Position numbers and translations under genes: made by a program. Below are positions 21,163 through 33,904 of a stretch of DNA of 64,000 nt, in pieces; position 1 is the stretch's first letter; each line of letters begins with the position of its first letter. The stretch is from a virus. The stretch covers positions 32,001-96,000 of the IMG/VR virus record IMGVR_UViG_3300037149_000105; one strand, 5' to 3'. The notes beneath the pieces are model-generated. The model ran no database searches, was not told the origin of the DNA, and was given only the letters and a program-made list of their open reading frames with translations.

Positions 21163-21243
21163 GTCTCCCCCATGGGTGAGTGGATTGAAACTGTTATGGT
21201 TAGACAAGTCTCAGAAGCATCACCCTTCTGAGTGGATTGAAAC
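21163..21243 (+). CRISPR. Two type I-C repeat-like units (21163-21191, 21208-21243) 16 nt apart; not a canonical array
   Basis: GTCTCCCCCATGGGTGAGTGGATTGAAAC and GTCTCAGAAGCATCACCCTTCTGAGTGGATTGAAAC. Confidence 0.7.
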
Positions 21244-21259
21244 TAAGAAAGAGGCTGCT

Positions 21260-21451
21260 TTGCTCATACCACTTCCTCACCACAGTTTAAATCGTGAAAC
21301 TTCCGAACGTCTCCTTAAGCTCAGGGCATTGCTGCTCAAGATCCTTCAGGAGGCCCCCGATTCAGTTAGAGAAGAGGTATCCGAAAAGGCCCTCGCCATT
21401 TATTCCGCAATTCAGCAAGAAATTTTCAAGGAGCAATCAAATGGAACGTAA
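21260..21451 (+). CDS. Small helical hypothetical protein (63 aa)
   Basis: TTG start after AAAGAGG inside ORF 21122-21451; overlaps ligase start. Confidence 0.5.
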   Translation: MLIPLPHHSLNRETSERLLKLRALLLKILQEAPDSVREEVSEKALAIYSAIQQEIFKEQSNGT

Positions 21452-22517
21452 ACTGGCTAGTATCCAACGCATCCTCGCTCTGGACCCCATCGAAGGGGCC
21501 GATAGGATTGAGGTGGCCACCATTCAGGGATGGAAGGTGGTAGTGCAGAAAGGACTCCACAAAGTAAGCGATCTCGTGGCATATTTCGAGATAGATTCAT
21601 GGGTGCCGACTGAAGTTGCCCCTTTTCTCACCAAGGTTGGACAGGAACCTCGTGAATACGAAGGGGTTCGGGGTGAACGACTCCGCACGGTAAAACTGAA
21701 GGGGCAGGTATCTCAAGGGATTATTCTTCCCCTCAGCGATTTTGCAAATCTTCCTCTCCCTCCCTACGATTTTCTCATGGGAAAATGGAATCAGGAGGGA
21801 CTGGACATCACCGAGCAACTGGGCGTCATCAAATATGAACCCCCAATCCCTGCTTGCCTCGCCGGTCAGGTCAAAGGTATGTTCCCCAGCTTCATCCGCA
21901 AGACCGATCAGGAACGAATCCAGACCCTTCCCGAGTTCTTCGAGGAATATAAGGATATGGGCTTCGAAGTCACGATCAAACTTGATGGTTCGAGCATGAC
22001 CGTCTACCACCGGAATGGAGATACCGGAGTTTGCAGCCATAATCTAGATCTCAAAGAGGACCAGAACAACTCCTTCTGGAAGATTGTCAACCGTCTGAAC
22101 CTTGTTGAACTCCTGAATCACCTGGGACTCAACGTAGCTATCCAAGGGGAATTGATTGGAGAGGGAATCCAAGGAAATCATGAGAAACTCAAGGGTCAGG
22201 AACTCTTTGTCTTCGATATTTGGGACATTGATGCCCACCGCTACATGACCCGCCAGGAGCGTCAGGATGTCCTCCAGGCTCTCGAAGCTCTCCTCCCCAA
22301 GGGGGAGCACATCTATTCCGTCCCTGTCGTCCACGAGGACATGAAGGTCTTCCAGACCTACCCAACAATGGAAACCATCCTCGTCTTTGCTGGAGCAGGC
22401 CCAAGTCTCAACGCTCAGATTAGAGAGGGGCTGGTTTTTAAATCCACCTCTCTGGTTAACGGCGAAACGGTAAGTTTTAAAGTTATAAATAATAAATATC
22501 TCCTGAAAGAAAAATAA
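21441..22517 (+). CDS. RNA ligase (DRB0094/Rnl5-like)
   Basis: MERKLASIQ..PIEGADRIE N-terminal OB domain; KTDQERIQ, KLDGSS, QGELIG, FVFDI, REGLVFK, FKVINNKYLL. Confidence 0.92.
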   Translation: MERKLASIQRILALDPIEGADRIEVATIQGWKVVVQKGLHKVSDLVAYFEIDSWVPTEVAPFLTKVGQEPREYEGVRGERLRTVKLKGQVSQGIILPLSDFANLPLPPYDFLMGKWNQEGLDITEQLGVIKYEPPIPACLAGQVKGMFPSFIRKTDQERIQTLPEFFEEYKDMGFEVTIKLDGSSMTVYHRNGDTGVCSHNLDLKEDQNNSFWKIVNRLNLVELLNHLGLNVAIQGELIGEGIQGNHEKLKGQELFVFDIWDIDAHRYMTRQERQDVLQALEALLPKGEHIYSVPVVHEDMKVFQTYPTMETILVFAGAGPSLNAQIREGLVFKSTSLVNGETVSFKVINNKYLLKEK

Positions 22518-22538
22518 ATATCAAACACTCCTACAAAG

Positions 22539-22567
22539 GTCTCTCCCACGGGAGAGTGGATTGAAAC
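22539..22567 (+). CRISPR. Solitary type I-C repeat-like unit
   Basis: GT-CTCTCC-CACG-GGAGAG-TGGATTGAAAC, 17 nt upstream of the HNH ATG. Confidence 0.7.
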
Positions 22568-22584
22568 AAACCAAAGGTGCAGCC

Positions 22585-23142
22585 ATGACGAGTGGTAGTA
22601 AAAAATTTCACAAGAAGGCACTGGGGGATCAGGTGATCGCCGTCGATATGCACTTTATGCCAATGATGGCAGTTAGTCGTCGTCATGCTCTCAAGGCTCT
22701 GGCCACTGAGAGGGCTGAAGCTCTAGATCTGGAGACCTGGACTCGCAAGGCTCTCTATGAGATCACCGACATCCACGATTTTGCCTGTATTCTCTATCCA
22801 GGTGTGCAAGCGATCAAGGATACGAAGCTGAAACTCGGAAAGGGTTACAGGGGCATCCTTGAACGGGATGAGCACATCTGCCAGTACTGTGGTAAGAAGG
22901 CCAATACTGTTGACCATGTGATGCCCAAGTCAAGAGGTGGGGGCTCTGCTCCTAACAACCTTGTAGCTGCCTGCCTCGCTTGCAATCAAAAGAAGGCTGA
23001 TCGAACTCCAACAGAGGCCGGAATGCCTTTAATTCACGCGATTCATGCAACCCGGTGGAAACTGATGGAGCAGTTCCATGAACTGACCGTTAGCTGGTCA
23101 TATCGCAGAAAGAAGATGGACGAAGATGTCAAGATTGCCTAA
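22585..23142 (+). CDS. HNH endonuclease (McrA-like)
   Basis: RDEHICQYCG..TVDHVMPKSRGG..NLVAACLACNQKK. Confidence 0.88.
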   Translation: MTSGSKKFHKKALGDQVIAVDMHFMPMMAVSRRHALKALATERAEALDLETWTRKALYEITDIHDFACILYPGVQAIKDTKLKLGKGYRGILERDEHICQYCGKKANTVDHVMPKSRGGGSAPNNLVAACLACNQKKADRTPTEAGMPLIHAIHATRWKLMEQFHELTVSWSYRRKKMDEDVKIA

Positions 23143-23635
23143 CTTTACTGCCTCCCTGCTTCATCATATAGCCTATGGGCTAGATATTGGCGGGGAGGTT
23201 CATGATTTTGAACCACAAAATGCCAAAGATCTCCGCTATCGGAACAGCCCCGATGGCGGATTTAACGGTGGGAGCCCCAATCCACAGCAGTATACGCAGG
23301 GGCCAGAGGCCCAAACCCTCCCCCCTGATGCTCCGTTGTATCATGGCACTACCTTGAATGATTGGAATGAGGGTGGGGCCACCAAACTTAGAGTTTCCAC
23401 CAATATTGAAGAGGCAAAAGCTGATGCAAAAACCGCTGCTGAAGGTGAAAATGCCCCAATTGTGGTTATGATCAAGTTTGGAGACCTGGGTGAGTATGAA
23501 TTGGAGCCTGATTCAACCCATTCGGAGGTTCATGAAGGGGTCTCCTGGCAGGAGTGCCTGAAGGATACAGGGGTATTTTGTATCGTCGGAGACATTGACT
23601 CCTTGAAACCCAATTTTAAACTGGTCAACGGTTGA
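23126..23635 (+). CDS. Hypothetical protein
   Basis: 169 aa; LYHGT motif; stop codon supplied by the TnpB element right end. Confidence 0.6.
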   Translation: MSRLPNFTASLLHHIAYGLDIGGEVHDFEPQNAKDLRYRNSPDGGFNGGSPNPQQYTQGPEAQTLPPDAPLYHGTTLNDWNEGGATKLRVSTNIEEAKADAKTAAEGENAPIVVMIKFGDLGEYELEPDSTHSEVHEGVSWQECLKDTGVFCIVGDIDSLKPNFKLVNG

Positions 23636-24698
23636 CATCCTCCCCTCCCTAAACGGAGGGGATTCCTAGCCGTAGAGTCTGATGTCCCAGACCGAGACGG
23701 AGTATATTTTGAGCAGCGTTTACATCTCTATTATGAGACGCTCCGCATTCAGAGCATACCCAATCTCTTACCGACAGCCCACTTAGTCCTTTCGGGCCGG
23801 TGAGGGCGGCACAGCCGCCACACCGCTGGGTTGTCCAAGCTTCATTAACGATTCGGACTACCTTGCCAAGCTTAATAGCTTTATAAGACAAGAAGTTCAG
23901 AACCATACTGATACCCGCATCCAAGGTAGATTTGCAAGCTTTCAAATGTAAATCCCCAACTATGATTAAATCATAGGAATTAATCAGATTTGTGGTCAAT
24001 TTGTGCAAATAATCTTTGCGTTGATTTTTGATTCGGGCGTGAATAGATTTTGTTTGATTCTTATGTTTAGCTCTCTGAGCGGTTGCAAGCCTAGCTTGCG
24101 ATTTGTAATAAAACTTTTCATTAGAATAACTGATCGAATCAGAGCTAGTCGCTATGGATTTCAAACCTAAATCAACTCCTACTTGAGTTTTAAACTCTAC
24201 CAGTTGGGAGACTTTCCCAATCTCAACTTGCAAGTTTATGAACCAATTCCCCTTGGAATCCTGATTAAAACTACCAGTCCTGATATCAGCTTCGCTGAGA
24301 TTAATGGCGTTATAATGAGAATCGAAGAATTTAAACTTATGTTTACAATAGATGAACAAGTTATTTTTAAATCTCAAGGCGGAAGCTTTGAATGGTATCC
24401 ACCCGAGAACGCATTTATAGCTCCGCCAGCGAAGCTTTTGTTTCTTGAATTGTTTGCGCCTAGTAATATATTCTTTACATATGGATTGGACGGTTGTAGA
24501 GTTCAAACCCAATTCGCCCGCACAGCCAGCCGTCTGGTTGTCAAGTTCATACTCGCTGGCCCATTTCGAATACTTCTTGAGTTGGTTATAACTCTGTTCA
24601 TTACAATAGTTCCATACCAGATTGACCGCAGAACTCATCCGAATCAAGATTTTTCTTGAAACGGAGTCCTTGAGTCTGTAATGGAGAGTAATAATCAT
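23632..24698 (-). mobile_element. IS200/IS605-family tnpB-only element (IS1341-like)
   Basis: Right end ...CCCCTCCGTTTAGGGAGGGGAGGATGTCAA on minus strand; no tnpA; left end not identified. Confidence 0.75.
23649..24698 (-). CDS. tnpB: TnpB RNA-guided nuclease
   Basis: VNLVWN, VGVDLG, IIVGDL, VNEAWTTQRC..C, WVCSECG..NRDVNAAQNIL. Confidence 0.93.
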   Translation of the reverse strand: MIITLHYRLKDSVSRKILIRMSSAVNLVWNYCNEQSYNQLKKYSKWASEYELDNQTAGCAGELGLNSTTVQSICKEYITRRKQFKKQKLRWRSYKCVLGWIPFKASALRFKNNLFIYCKHKFKFFDSHYNAINLSEADIRTGSFNQDSKGNWFINLQVEIGKVSQLVEFKTQVGVDLGLKSIATSSDSISYSNEKFYYKSQARLATAQRAKHKNQTKSIHARIKNQRKDYLHKLTTNLINSYDLIIVGDLHLKACKSTLDAGISMVLNFLSYKAIKLGKVVRIVNEAWTTQRCGGCAALTGPKGLSGLSVRDWVCSECGASHNRDVNAAQNILRLGLGHQTLRLGIPSV

Positions 24699-24793
24699 GT
24701 GTGTATCTATTTAATACTCAGAAAGTTTGATTTTGCTCATGGCACAAAGTATCCGGTAATACATCTTCTGAATCCCTTATGTGAGGGTTTCAG

Positions 24794-27172
<2,379 letters not shown>

Positions 27173-27199
27173 GTCCGAGTAATAGATAGGGGAGGCCGT

Positions 27200-27838
27200 A
27201 TGGTCCGATCTATCATCAGCTACAACAAAGATTTTTATGATGTTCTTGCAGAGCTAAAACGAAAGGGAGAAGAGTTTACTCCTTTGACTCTGCAAGAACT
27301 TCAGTATGACCAGCTTATTCTTGCTGCATCTGGGAATGCAGGGGCATGCCGCTGCTCATTATCTGAGGTTATAAATGAAAAGAGGGAACGACGAGCCCTC
27401 TTGCTTGCCCTACCAAAAGAAAAGTTTGAAACGTTCAAGTTAGATGATGTGCTGGCTGGAGATTTACAGGAAGACCGGCTCGTGATTGACAACAAATTGC
27501 CCTCGTGGAACGATTTATCCCCCATAGGTAAGTTGTATTTCAAACTGGCCTGTTTGGAAAACCACCCCCATGATGCCATGAGCCGACTAACCGAAGTGGT
27601 GGGCCTTTTGCACGAGGTGGAGGGTTCTATCCCTCAGCAAATCGCGTTCAGCTTGAGGTTGGAGTTTCAATCAGCCCTCCTTTCCAAACCCTCCGAGGAT
27701 TGGGTTGGGGATGCCTGCACGAAAGCCAGTAACATGTTGTATGGGTACGTGACCGGCCCAGAGGTAGACATAATCGACAGGCTAGAGCTTTTGGATTATG
27801 TTTGCACTGCTGGCTGCTTCTACCCATTGAGTGAATAG
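27200..27838 (+). CDS. Hypothetical protein
   Basis: 212 aa, GGAGG RBS. Confidence 0.7.
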   Translation: MVRSIISYNKDFYDVLAELKRKGEEFTPLTLQELQYDQLILAASGNAGACRCSLSEVINEKRERRALLLALPKEKFETFKLDDVLAGDLQEDRLVIDNKLPSWNDLSPIGKLYFKLACLENHPHDAMSRLTEVVGLLHEVEGSIPQQIAFSLRLEFQSALLSKPSEDWVGDACTKASNMLYGYVTGPEVDIIDRLELLDYVCTAGCFYPLSE

Positions 27839-27845
27839 GAGAGGT

Positions 27846-29423
27846 ATGGAGTTTGAGGAACTAGAGGGGTTCTTCCCCTTTGATGAGATGCGTCCGAGCC
27901 AGAGGCAAGCGTTACAAAAGTTTGTTGATACGACAAACAAGGGGCGGAAGTTTACCATCCTTGAGCTTCCCACAGGGATTGGAAAATCGGGCGTGGCGGT
28001 TGACTTGGGCCGTTGGGCTCAGAATGGTGGAGCCTACCTACTTACAATTCAGAAAATATTGCAAAAACAGTACCTGTCTGAGTTCTCTGACCTTGTGGAG
28101 ATCAAAGGTGGCAGCAATTACCGCTGTGGGAATTACCCGGTCAGTTGCGATGAAGGTGCAAAGATTGCTAAGGCTCTGGGTGAAGGCCCATGCAAATGCG
28201 TCTGCCCATATAAGGAAGCGAAAGAAATCTTTCTCAACACTCCCTTTGGCCTCACCAATTTTTCCTATTTCCTCACTGTTATGACCTATCAGAAGGGCCT
28301 GTTCCCAAATCGAAAGCTACTCATTATTGACGAGGCACATAACACCGAGTCCGCCCTGATCAATCACTCCAATATTGAAGTGACGTTCAACCGACTTAAG
28401 GAGCTTGGGATTGATTTCCCGAAGCCTCCGCTAGGTCCAAAAGAGCTTGGAAGGGCCAAAAAATGGTTAGCTGATGCGGTGTTCCCAGCTTGTTCGGTGG
28501 CCAGGACTGGAATCAACGAAGCATTGATTAAGGCCCGAGCTCAGGTGAATAATGAGAGGGAAGTGATGGATATTCTCAAACAAGAAGGGTCTTTGGACCA
28601 ATTTGAAAGAAAACTGGAAATGTTTGCTCAGTCCCCTTCGAATATGTGGTTCATCGGACAAACTGAGAAATTGGAAATTAAGCCGCTTCAGGGAGACCTG
28701 TTCTCTGAAGACCTTTTATTCAGCAAAGCCGATCATGTCATCTTCCTATCCGCAACCATCTTGGACCCCCGAACTTTTGTTCGCAATCTGGGAATACAGC
28801 CTAGACAGTGCGGCTATCTGGGTCTCCCATCTGAGTTTCCAAAAGAGAACCGCCGCATCATTTTCACCCCGGCTGGCTCCATGTCATACAAAAATTATGA
28901 TACGACTCTCCCTAAATTGCTCAAAAAGATTGATCGCATCCTGACAAAACATGTTGCAGACAAGGGAATCATTCATTGTCAATCATTTAAAACAATGAAG
29001 CATATTATGGACTACTTTAGAAGCTCCCCTCATGCGTGGAGGCTCTTGAGTCACGACTCTAGTTCTCATTCCAAGAATGGGGCCATCGCTGCTCATATGA
29101 CTCGTGATGAGCCAACTGTTCTGCTTAGCCCTTCAATGACTGAAGGCTTGGACCTCCGTGATGACTTGAGTCGATTTCAAATCGTAGCAAAGGTTCCGTA
29201 TGCCAGTCTGGCTGACCCATATGTAAAAACGAGAATGGAACTGGACCCCGATTGGTATCAACTTCAGACCGCTCTGACTTTGGTTCAGGCTCTCGGACGT
29301 TCGGTTCGTTCGAAGGACGATCATGCTATTTCCTACATAATTGATGGGGATTTTGCTCGTTTTATGTCTCAAGCGCAGTCAATACTTCCCGACTGGTGGC
29401 TTGACTCAATCGAGATCAAGTAG
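27846..29423 (+). CDS. DinG/XPD-family SF2 helicase
   Basis: RPSQ, PTGIGKS, IIDEAH, LSAT, EGLD, QALGRSVR; Cys cluster. Confidence 0.9.
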   Translation: MEFEELEGFFPFDEMRPSQRQALQKFVDTTNKGRKFTILELPTGIGKSGVAVDLGRWAQNGGAYLLTIQKILQKQYLSEFSDLVEIKGGSNYRCGNYPVSCDEGAKIAKALGEGPCKCVCPYKEAKEIFLNTPFGLTNFSYFLTVMTYQKGLFPNRKLLIIDEAHNTESALINHSNIEVTFNRLKELGIDFPKPPLGPKELGRAKKWLADAVFPACSVARTGINEALIKARAQVNNEREVMDILKQEGSLDQFERKLEMFAQSPSNMWFIGQTEKLEIKPLQGDLFSEDLLFSKADHVIFLSATILDPRTFVRNLGIQPRQCGYLGLPSEFPKENRRIIFTPAGSMSYKNYDTTLPKLLKKIDRILTKHVADKGIIHCQSFKTMKHIMDYFRSSPHAWRLLSHDSSSHSKNGAIAAHMTRDEPTVLLSPSMTEGLDLRDDLSRFQIVAKVPYASLADPYVKTRMELDPDWYQLQTALTLVQALGRSVRSKDDHAISYIIDGDFARFMSQAQSILPDWWLDSIEIK

Positions 29424-29455
29424 AGTATTAGAGAGATGGAGGCACTAGGTAATAT

Positions 29456-30958
29456 ATGAGTTTTTGGCGTATTTTTCACAATCTGATCCGGCATGATGAC
29501 ACTCCGGACGAGGTTCAAAGGGCTACGTATGCCTGTGAATGGCTATCAGAGAACGGTATACGACTAAGGAAAATCTGTTCGCCGCAGCAGACTGAGATTA
29601 TTTCTTGCATCGGTCAGTTTTGGTTTAAGCAGAAGACCGCCCCGTCTTATAAGATCCTTCGAGAAACCTTAGAGCGAAACTCTATAGTTATGGGAGTGGT
29701 CGATGTAATTGCCGAATATGAATCTGAAGAGGGTCTTCAGCTTCACGGACTGAGCGATTTGGGTCAACTTCTCACCGACTTCCAGGAGGAATGGAAGCGG
29801 GAACGACTCGCTGGGGTAATTAAAACCGTCAGAGCTATAAACAATAGTTCGTGGACGGACCCAACTTCTAAGAAGGTGCATTCTGGAGCCTCAGATGCCC
29901 TAAAATATCTTTTACAACAGATTGAGACTGGGGTCATCATGACCAACAACCAGTCTCTCAGTGGGGCTCTGAACGACATGGCTGGGGAGATCATGAGTAT
30001 TTACGAAAAAAATAAGGCGGATCGCATGGCAGGAAGCATCAGAATTATGACCGGCATCGCCGCAATCGATATTTGTGTGCCCATCAAACGTGGTGATTGC
30101 GTGGGGGTGCTGGGGTACGCAGGACAGCGCAAGTCTACCCTTTGCCGCACCTTCGCTTACAATGCAGCCGTGCAAGGGTTTAACGTTCTACACGTGACGC
30201 TTGAGCAGACTTATGATGAGGAACGGATCATTTATGCGTTGATCCATTCGGCTGACAAGAGGTTTGCCAGCTATGGTATCCAGCCCACAAAAAAGAGGTT
30301 TGATGACGGGTTGCTTACCACAGAAGAAGAAAAGTTCTTAAAGGAAGTGGTGCTGCCAGATTTGGAGCAAAACCTCCTGGGGCGGCTCATCATCCGTCAG
30401 CCCACCGATGGAAGTTCCTGGAGCAACATCAAGATGATGGCCGAAATGACCAATCAGACCACTCCTCTGGACATGCTTTTCGTGGATTACTTGACTATCA
30501 CAGCCACGGCTTCAACTTATGATTCCAAAGCGGAAATGGAGATGAACATCAAGGATGCAAAACAGACAGCCCTGCAATTTGATAATGGGCGCAGCATCGT
30601 CTTCCTCACTCCAATTCAAGGAAACCGTAAAGGGTACGACGAAGCCAAGGATACGGGGGGTGTGTGGGACATTACTGGTATCAACCAATACTCTGAGTTT
30701 GACAAATCTTTCGACACCATCTTTACCACATTTCTCGGTGATGCCCTCCCAGGCGATGTGGGAAATCAGATGGCCGTATCGACCGTCAAGACCCGCAGAT
30801 GCCCCCCTATGCCCCTTACCAACCTCGCAGTCGATGTCGATGTGGGTCGGGTGGGGGATATGGAGGGTTCGAGTGGTGAGGGTTCGACCTATGATGAGTT
30901 GGCAACAATCAAAGAACAGCACCTCCGCACAGAGGAAAATGCGGTTCCATTTGATTAA
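29456..30958 (+). CDS. DnaB-like replicative helicase
   Basis: TGI..ID, variant Walker A GYAGQRKST, TLEQ, FVDYL, PIQGNR. Confidence 0.8.
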   Translation: MSFWRIFHNLIRHDDTPDEVQRATYACEWLSENGIRLRKICSPQQTEIISCIGQFWFKQKTAPSYKILRETLERNSIVMGVVDVIAEYESEEGLQLHGLSDLGQLLTDFQEEWKRERLAGVIKTVRAINNSSWTDPTSKKVHSGASDALKYLLQQIETGVIMTNNQSLSGALNDMAGEIMSIYEKNKADRMAGSIRIMTGIAAIDICVPIKRGDCVGVLGYAGQRKSTLCRTFAYNAAVQGFNVLHVTLEQTYDEERIIYALIHSADKRFASYGIQPTKKRFDDGLLTTEEEKFLKEVVLPDLEQNLLGRLIIRQPTDGSSWSNIKMMAEMTNQTTPLDMLFVDYLTITATASTYDSKAEMEMNIKDAKQTALQFDNGRSIVFLTPIQGNRKGYDEAKDTGGVWDITGINQYSEFDKSFDTIFTTFLGDALPGDVGNQMAVSTVKTRRCPPMPLTNLAVDVDVGRVGDMEGSSGEGSTYDELATIKEQHLRTEENAVPFD

Positions 30959-30966
30959 GGGGTAAA

Positions 30967-31239
30967 ATGTCAAGAAAGGTCCGAGAACAGGATGTTCTAT
31001 ATGTCATGCAACTCTTGGAAGAGGGCCTAACCTTCGATGAGTCTCCTAAGCTATCAATCAGAGTAAACAATCAGTTCAGACAATGCATACGCTGTGAGGC
31101 GCAGACGCAAGGAAAGGAATGGACACTGGATATTTATGGCAAGCACTTCTTCTACCTGATGATTCCCCCATCCGCCCCTTGTGTGCAAGACAATGTTCGA
31201 TCCTTGCTGTTACATATGCAAGCTCACCTGTTGAGGTAA
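30967..31239 (+). CDS. Hypothetical protein
   Basis: 90 aa, RBS, operon position. Confidence 0.6.
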   Translation: MSRKVREQDVLYVMQLLEEGLTFDESPKLSIRVNNQFRQCIRCEAQTQGKEWTLDIYGKHFFYLMIPPSAPCVQDNVRSLLLHMQAHLLR

Positions 31240-31241
31240 CG

Positions 31242-31997
31242 ATGACACTCCTACAAGTTCAGACCCTAGACGATCTTATGAAGCTGATGGCCAAGCAAAA
31301 GACCGTCAGCACTAAGGCTGTACGTGACCTCAACCATGAAGTGGAGAGCGTGGCGTTTATCTATAAGCCTGATCATACGTTGTCAGAGATGAGCAATCTG
31401 GATCTCTCCCGCAAGATCACTACTCTCTTGGCAAAGTATACGGAGCAGCCCACCCTGTCTGAATTCTACCAGCACCCTTCTTGGGACAGCGGATTCGTCT
31501 ATGGGGGGAGCTTTGGGGTCAGTGCGGTGGTTGGAACGGTCTTCATGAAAAGTTGGTCTGAAATATTTCCAGAGTTTTCAAAAATCATGCGGTCGGTCAT
31601 GATGCGGGTGCTGGAAGAGCAAAGCAAGGAAGCTTTCAGCGATGAGCCAGCAAATGAAATGTCAATGATAGACCGAATCCTGCCAGCGATGAAATTCACC
31701 ATCAGGGATCAGAATGGTATTGAGATTCTTGGCAAGCAGCGGGACAAGATGATGTATGACCGAGTAGCCAGTCTGCTCCAGCTTATGGCCCAATCGTTCC
31801 TCACTTATGGGGTGCTGGAACTGCCTGAGTCTACAAAACTGGAGCCTGGGCAGCAAATTGCAGCCCGTCTGACTCCTATGGGAAACCGAGCTTACCTCCA
31901 CCTTCGAGACGTTGAAATATATATTTCCGAGGTGGCGGAACTCTACCCACGGCTAACAAAAATCAAACTTGAATCGGAATCTAAAACTCCCCAGTAA
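31242..31997 (+). CDS. Hypothetical protein
   Basis: ATG after GAGGT inside ORF 31119-31997. Confidence 0.65.
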   Translation: MTLLQVQTLDDLMKLMAKQKTVSTKAVRDLNHEVESVAFIYKPDHTLSEMSNLDLSRKITTLLAKYTEQPTLSEFYQHPSWDSGFVYGGSFGVSAVVGTVFMKSWSEIFPEFSKIMRSVMMRVLEEQSKEAFSDEPANEMSMIDRILPAMKFTIRDQNGIEILGKQRDKMMYDRVASLLQLMAQSFLTYGVLELPESTKLEPGQQIAARLTPMGNRAYLHLRDVEIYISEVAELYPRLTKIKLESESKTPQ

Positions 31998-32016
31998 TAC
32001 ATAACATGGAGGTTTT

Positions 32017-32943
32017 GTGTTCCGGACCAAAAAAGTAGCCGTCATTTTTGATTTTGATAAAACGTTGTCCCCTGACTACATGCAGAGGGTGGTGTTTGAG
32101 CGGTATGACATTGATGAAAATAAGTTTTGGGGGGATTGCCAGGAATGGTCTGAAGAAAATCTCCGTAATCTTGGCTCCAATCACCCAGAATTAAGCTACA
32201 TGAACATGTTTCTTCAGTATGTTGAGGACGGTCGGATGCCCGGTCTGAACAACAAAAAGATGAAGGAACTGGGGGATCACATCCGTCTTTACCCTGGAGT
32301 AGAGTCCCTCTTGAACACGCTATTCTACATGGGAGCAGAAATATACATCGTGTCTTCAGGTATCCGAGCCCTATTGGGTGGCCTCCAGGAACGAATCCGT
32401 CTCTGCACGAAAAACCCCAATTTCAAAATCCAAAAGATATATGGTGGGGATTTTCGTGAACGAAATGGATTGATTCATGCTGTCGCCTCTGTGATGAGTC
32501 CATCAGATAAACTCCGAGCCATTTATGAGATCAGCAAGGGCTGTGACTTTTATGGCTTTGACTTCACTGTCAGCCTTCCAAAAGAGAATGGACGGAGGGT
32601 GCCGCTGGAACGGATGTGCTACATTGGTGATGGGCAGTCGGACGTTCCGTGCTTCAACCTCATCAAAGATTCGGGCGGGTTCACTCTTGGGGTATTCAAT
32701 CCTGCCGAACCAAAACAGTTCGAGCAGATTGAGCAGATCAGGCAAGGTGGCCGACTCAGCACCATTGCGGTCACAGATTACTCCCCAGGCAGCACCGCTG
32801 AGGCCGTTCTAGTGAGCAAGGCCAAGGAGTTCCTATACAAAGTTTCCGAGAACTATGAGTTCAGGCAAACGCTGGATGAGCTTAAGGGGAACAGGCCGGT
32901 GCCGATTCACCCTTGGACCGCCCAACCAGACTTTTCTGAGTAA
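32017..32943 (+). CDS. HAD-family hydrolase
   Basis: FDFDKTL, IVSSG, YIGDGQSD. Confidence 0.88.
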   Translation: MFRTKKVAVIFDFDKTLSPDYMQRVVFERYDIDENKFWGDCQEWSEENLRNLGSNHPELSYMNMFLQYVEDGRMPGLNNKKMKELGDHIRLYPGVESLLNTLFYMGAEIYIVSSGIRALLGGLQERIRLCTKNPNFKIQKIYGGDFRERNGLIHAVASVMSPSDKLRAIYEISKGCDFYGFDFTVSLPKENGRRVPLERMCYIGDGQSDVPCFNLIKDSGGFTLGVFNPAEPKQFEQIEQIRQGGRLSTIAVTDYSPGSTAEAVLVSKAKEFLYKVSENYEFRQTLDELKGNRPVPIHPWTAQPDFSE

Positions 32944-32963
32944 TATCATCTAAGGAGATATCA

Positions 32964-33206
32964 ATGGCCAAATCGAAACACAACAAAACCGGTAATGGAA
33001 CTCATAGGGAGAGAACCCGAGCGGCTCGTGAAGCCCTTGAACTCAGCCGTAAGATGGCTGAACTTCAGGAGCTTCAGGACAAGTTGCAGAAGCAGCTACA
33101 GCAGACCAAAGTAGCAGTTGGAGAGGCGAAGGAGATGGTCAACACCCTCACCAGCGAAATGCCAATCATGCCTGTCATGGCGGAAGAAGAAGTTGCTGCT
33201 GAATGA
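32964..33206 (+). CDS. Small coiled-coil protein
   Basis: 80 aa, AAGGAG RBS. Confidence 0.7.
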   Translation: MAKSKHNKTGNGTHRERTRAAREALELSRKMAELQELQDKLQKQLQQTKVAVGEAKEMVNTLTSEMPIMPVMAEEEVAAE

Positions 33207-33904
33207 GTGAGGCTCCGTGGGCTGTAGCTATTTTGCTGGGAAAGCGCAAGCCAAAATCCAGAAATGTGCTGCTCGGTTCCGATAGAGCCATCATCAAAGC
33301 CCTGGAGCGATCCTACAATATCAAAATTAACCCCTTTGATATGGAGGACCCCCAGGTGTTTTCCGTGGTGGATCAGGAGTCCCAAGTCCCACTAGCAGAG
33401 CAAGCGAGCTGCACATTTTGGAGGAACCCTCCGATAACTCGTAATGAGATTCTGCTCACTTATATCGTGTCCTCGCTAGCCCCAGACCTAAAAGAGTCCG
33501 AACAGAAGCCCATTATAAAGAGTTTTATGTATGATGTGGAATCAGTCAGAGACTTTAATGTTTTGTATTGGAGAGTCAAGACTGCTATGACTAACAAAGT
33601 TCTAGGCGTCTGGGACAAACAGCCTTGGGAATCCCCTTTTGGTTGGTTCGGAACCACAGATTTGGCTCCCCGCCTCTCTCGCTTATACCACGATTTACGC
33701 TCTTATGTATATGTCAAATTGGGTAACAAATCAGAAATCAAAACTTTAGGGCTCTCATCGGGGAAGATAAAGTATTTGAATGGGTTGAATCTGAGTAATA
33801 AAAGAATAGCTGATACGCTTAGTATATTGGCCCAATGGCGGTATCAATTTCTAAGCGACCAACAAGCTGCTTTTTTGGTGTCAACCAAGTGGAGTAACAA
33901 ATGA
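33203..33904 (+). CDS. Hypothetical protein
   Basis: 233 aa, coupled to upstream gene. Confidence 0.65.
   Translation: MSEAPWAVAILLGKRKPKSRNVLLGSDRAIIKALERSYNIKINPFDMEDPQVFSVVDQESQVPLAEQASCTFWRNPPITRNEILLTYIVSSLAPDLKESEQKPIIKSFMYDVESVRDFNVLYWRVKTAMTNKVLGVWDKQPWESPFGWFGTTDLAPRLSRLYHDLRSYVYVKLGNKSEIKTLGLSSGKIKYLNGLNLSNKRIADTLSILAQWRYQFLSDQQAAFLVSTKWSNK

Noticed and set aside
21163-21243. Functional CRISPR mini-array
   Set aside because: Repeats differ in length and sequence and the 16-nt spacer is too short for targeting; kept as repeat mimics
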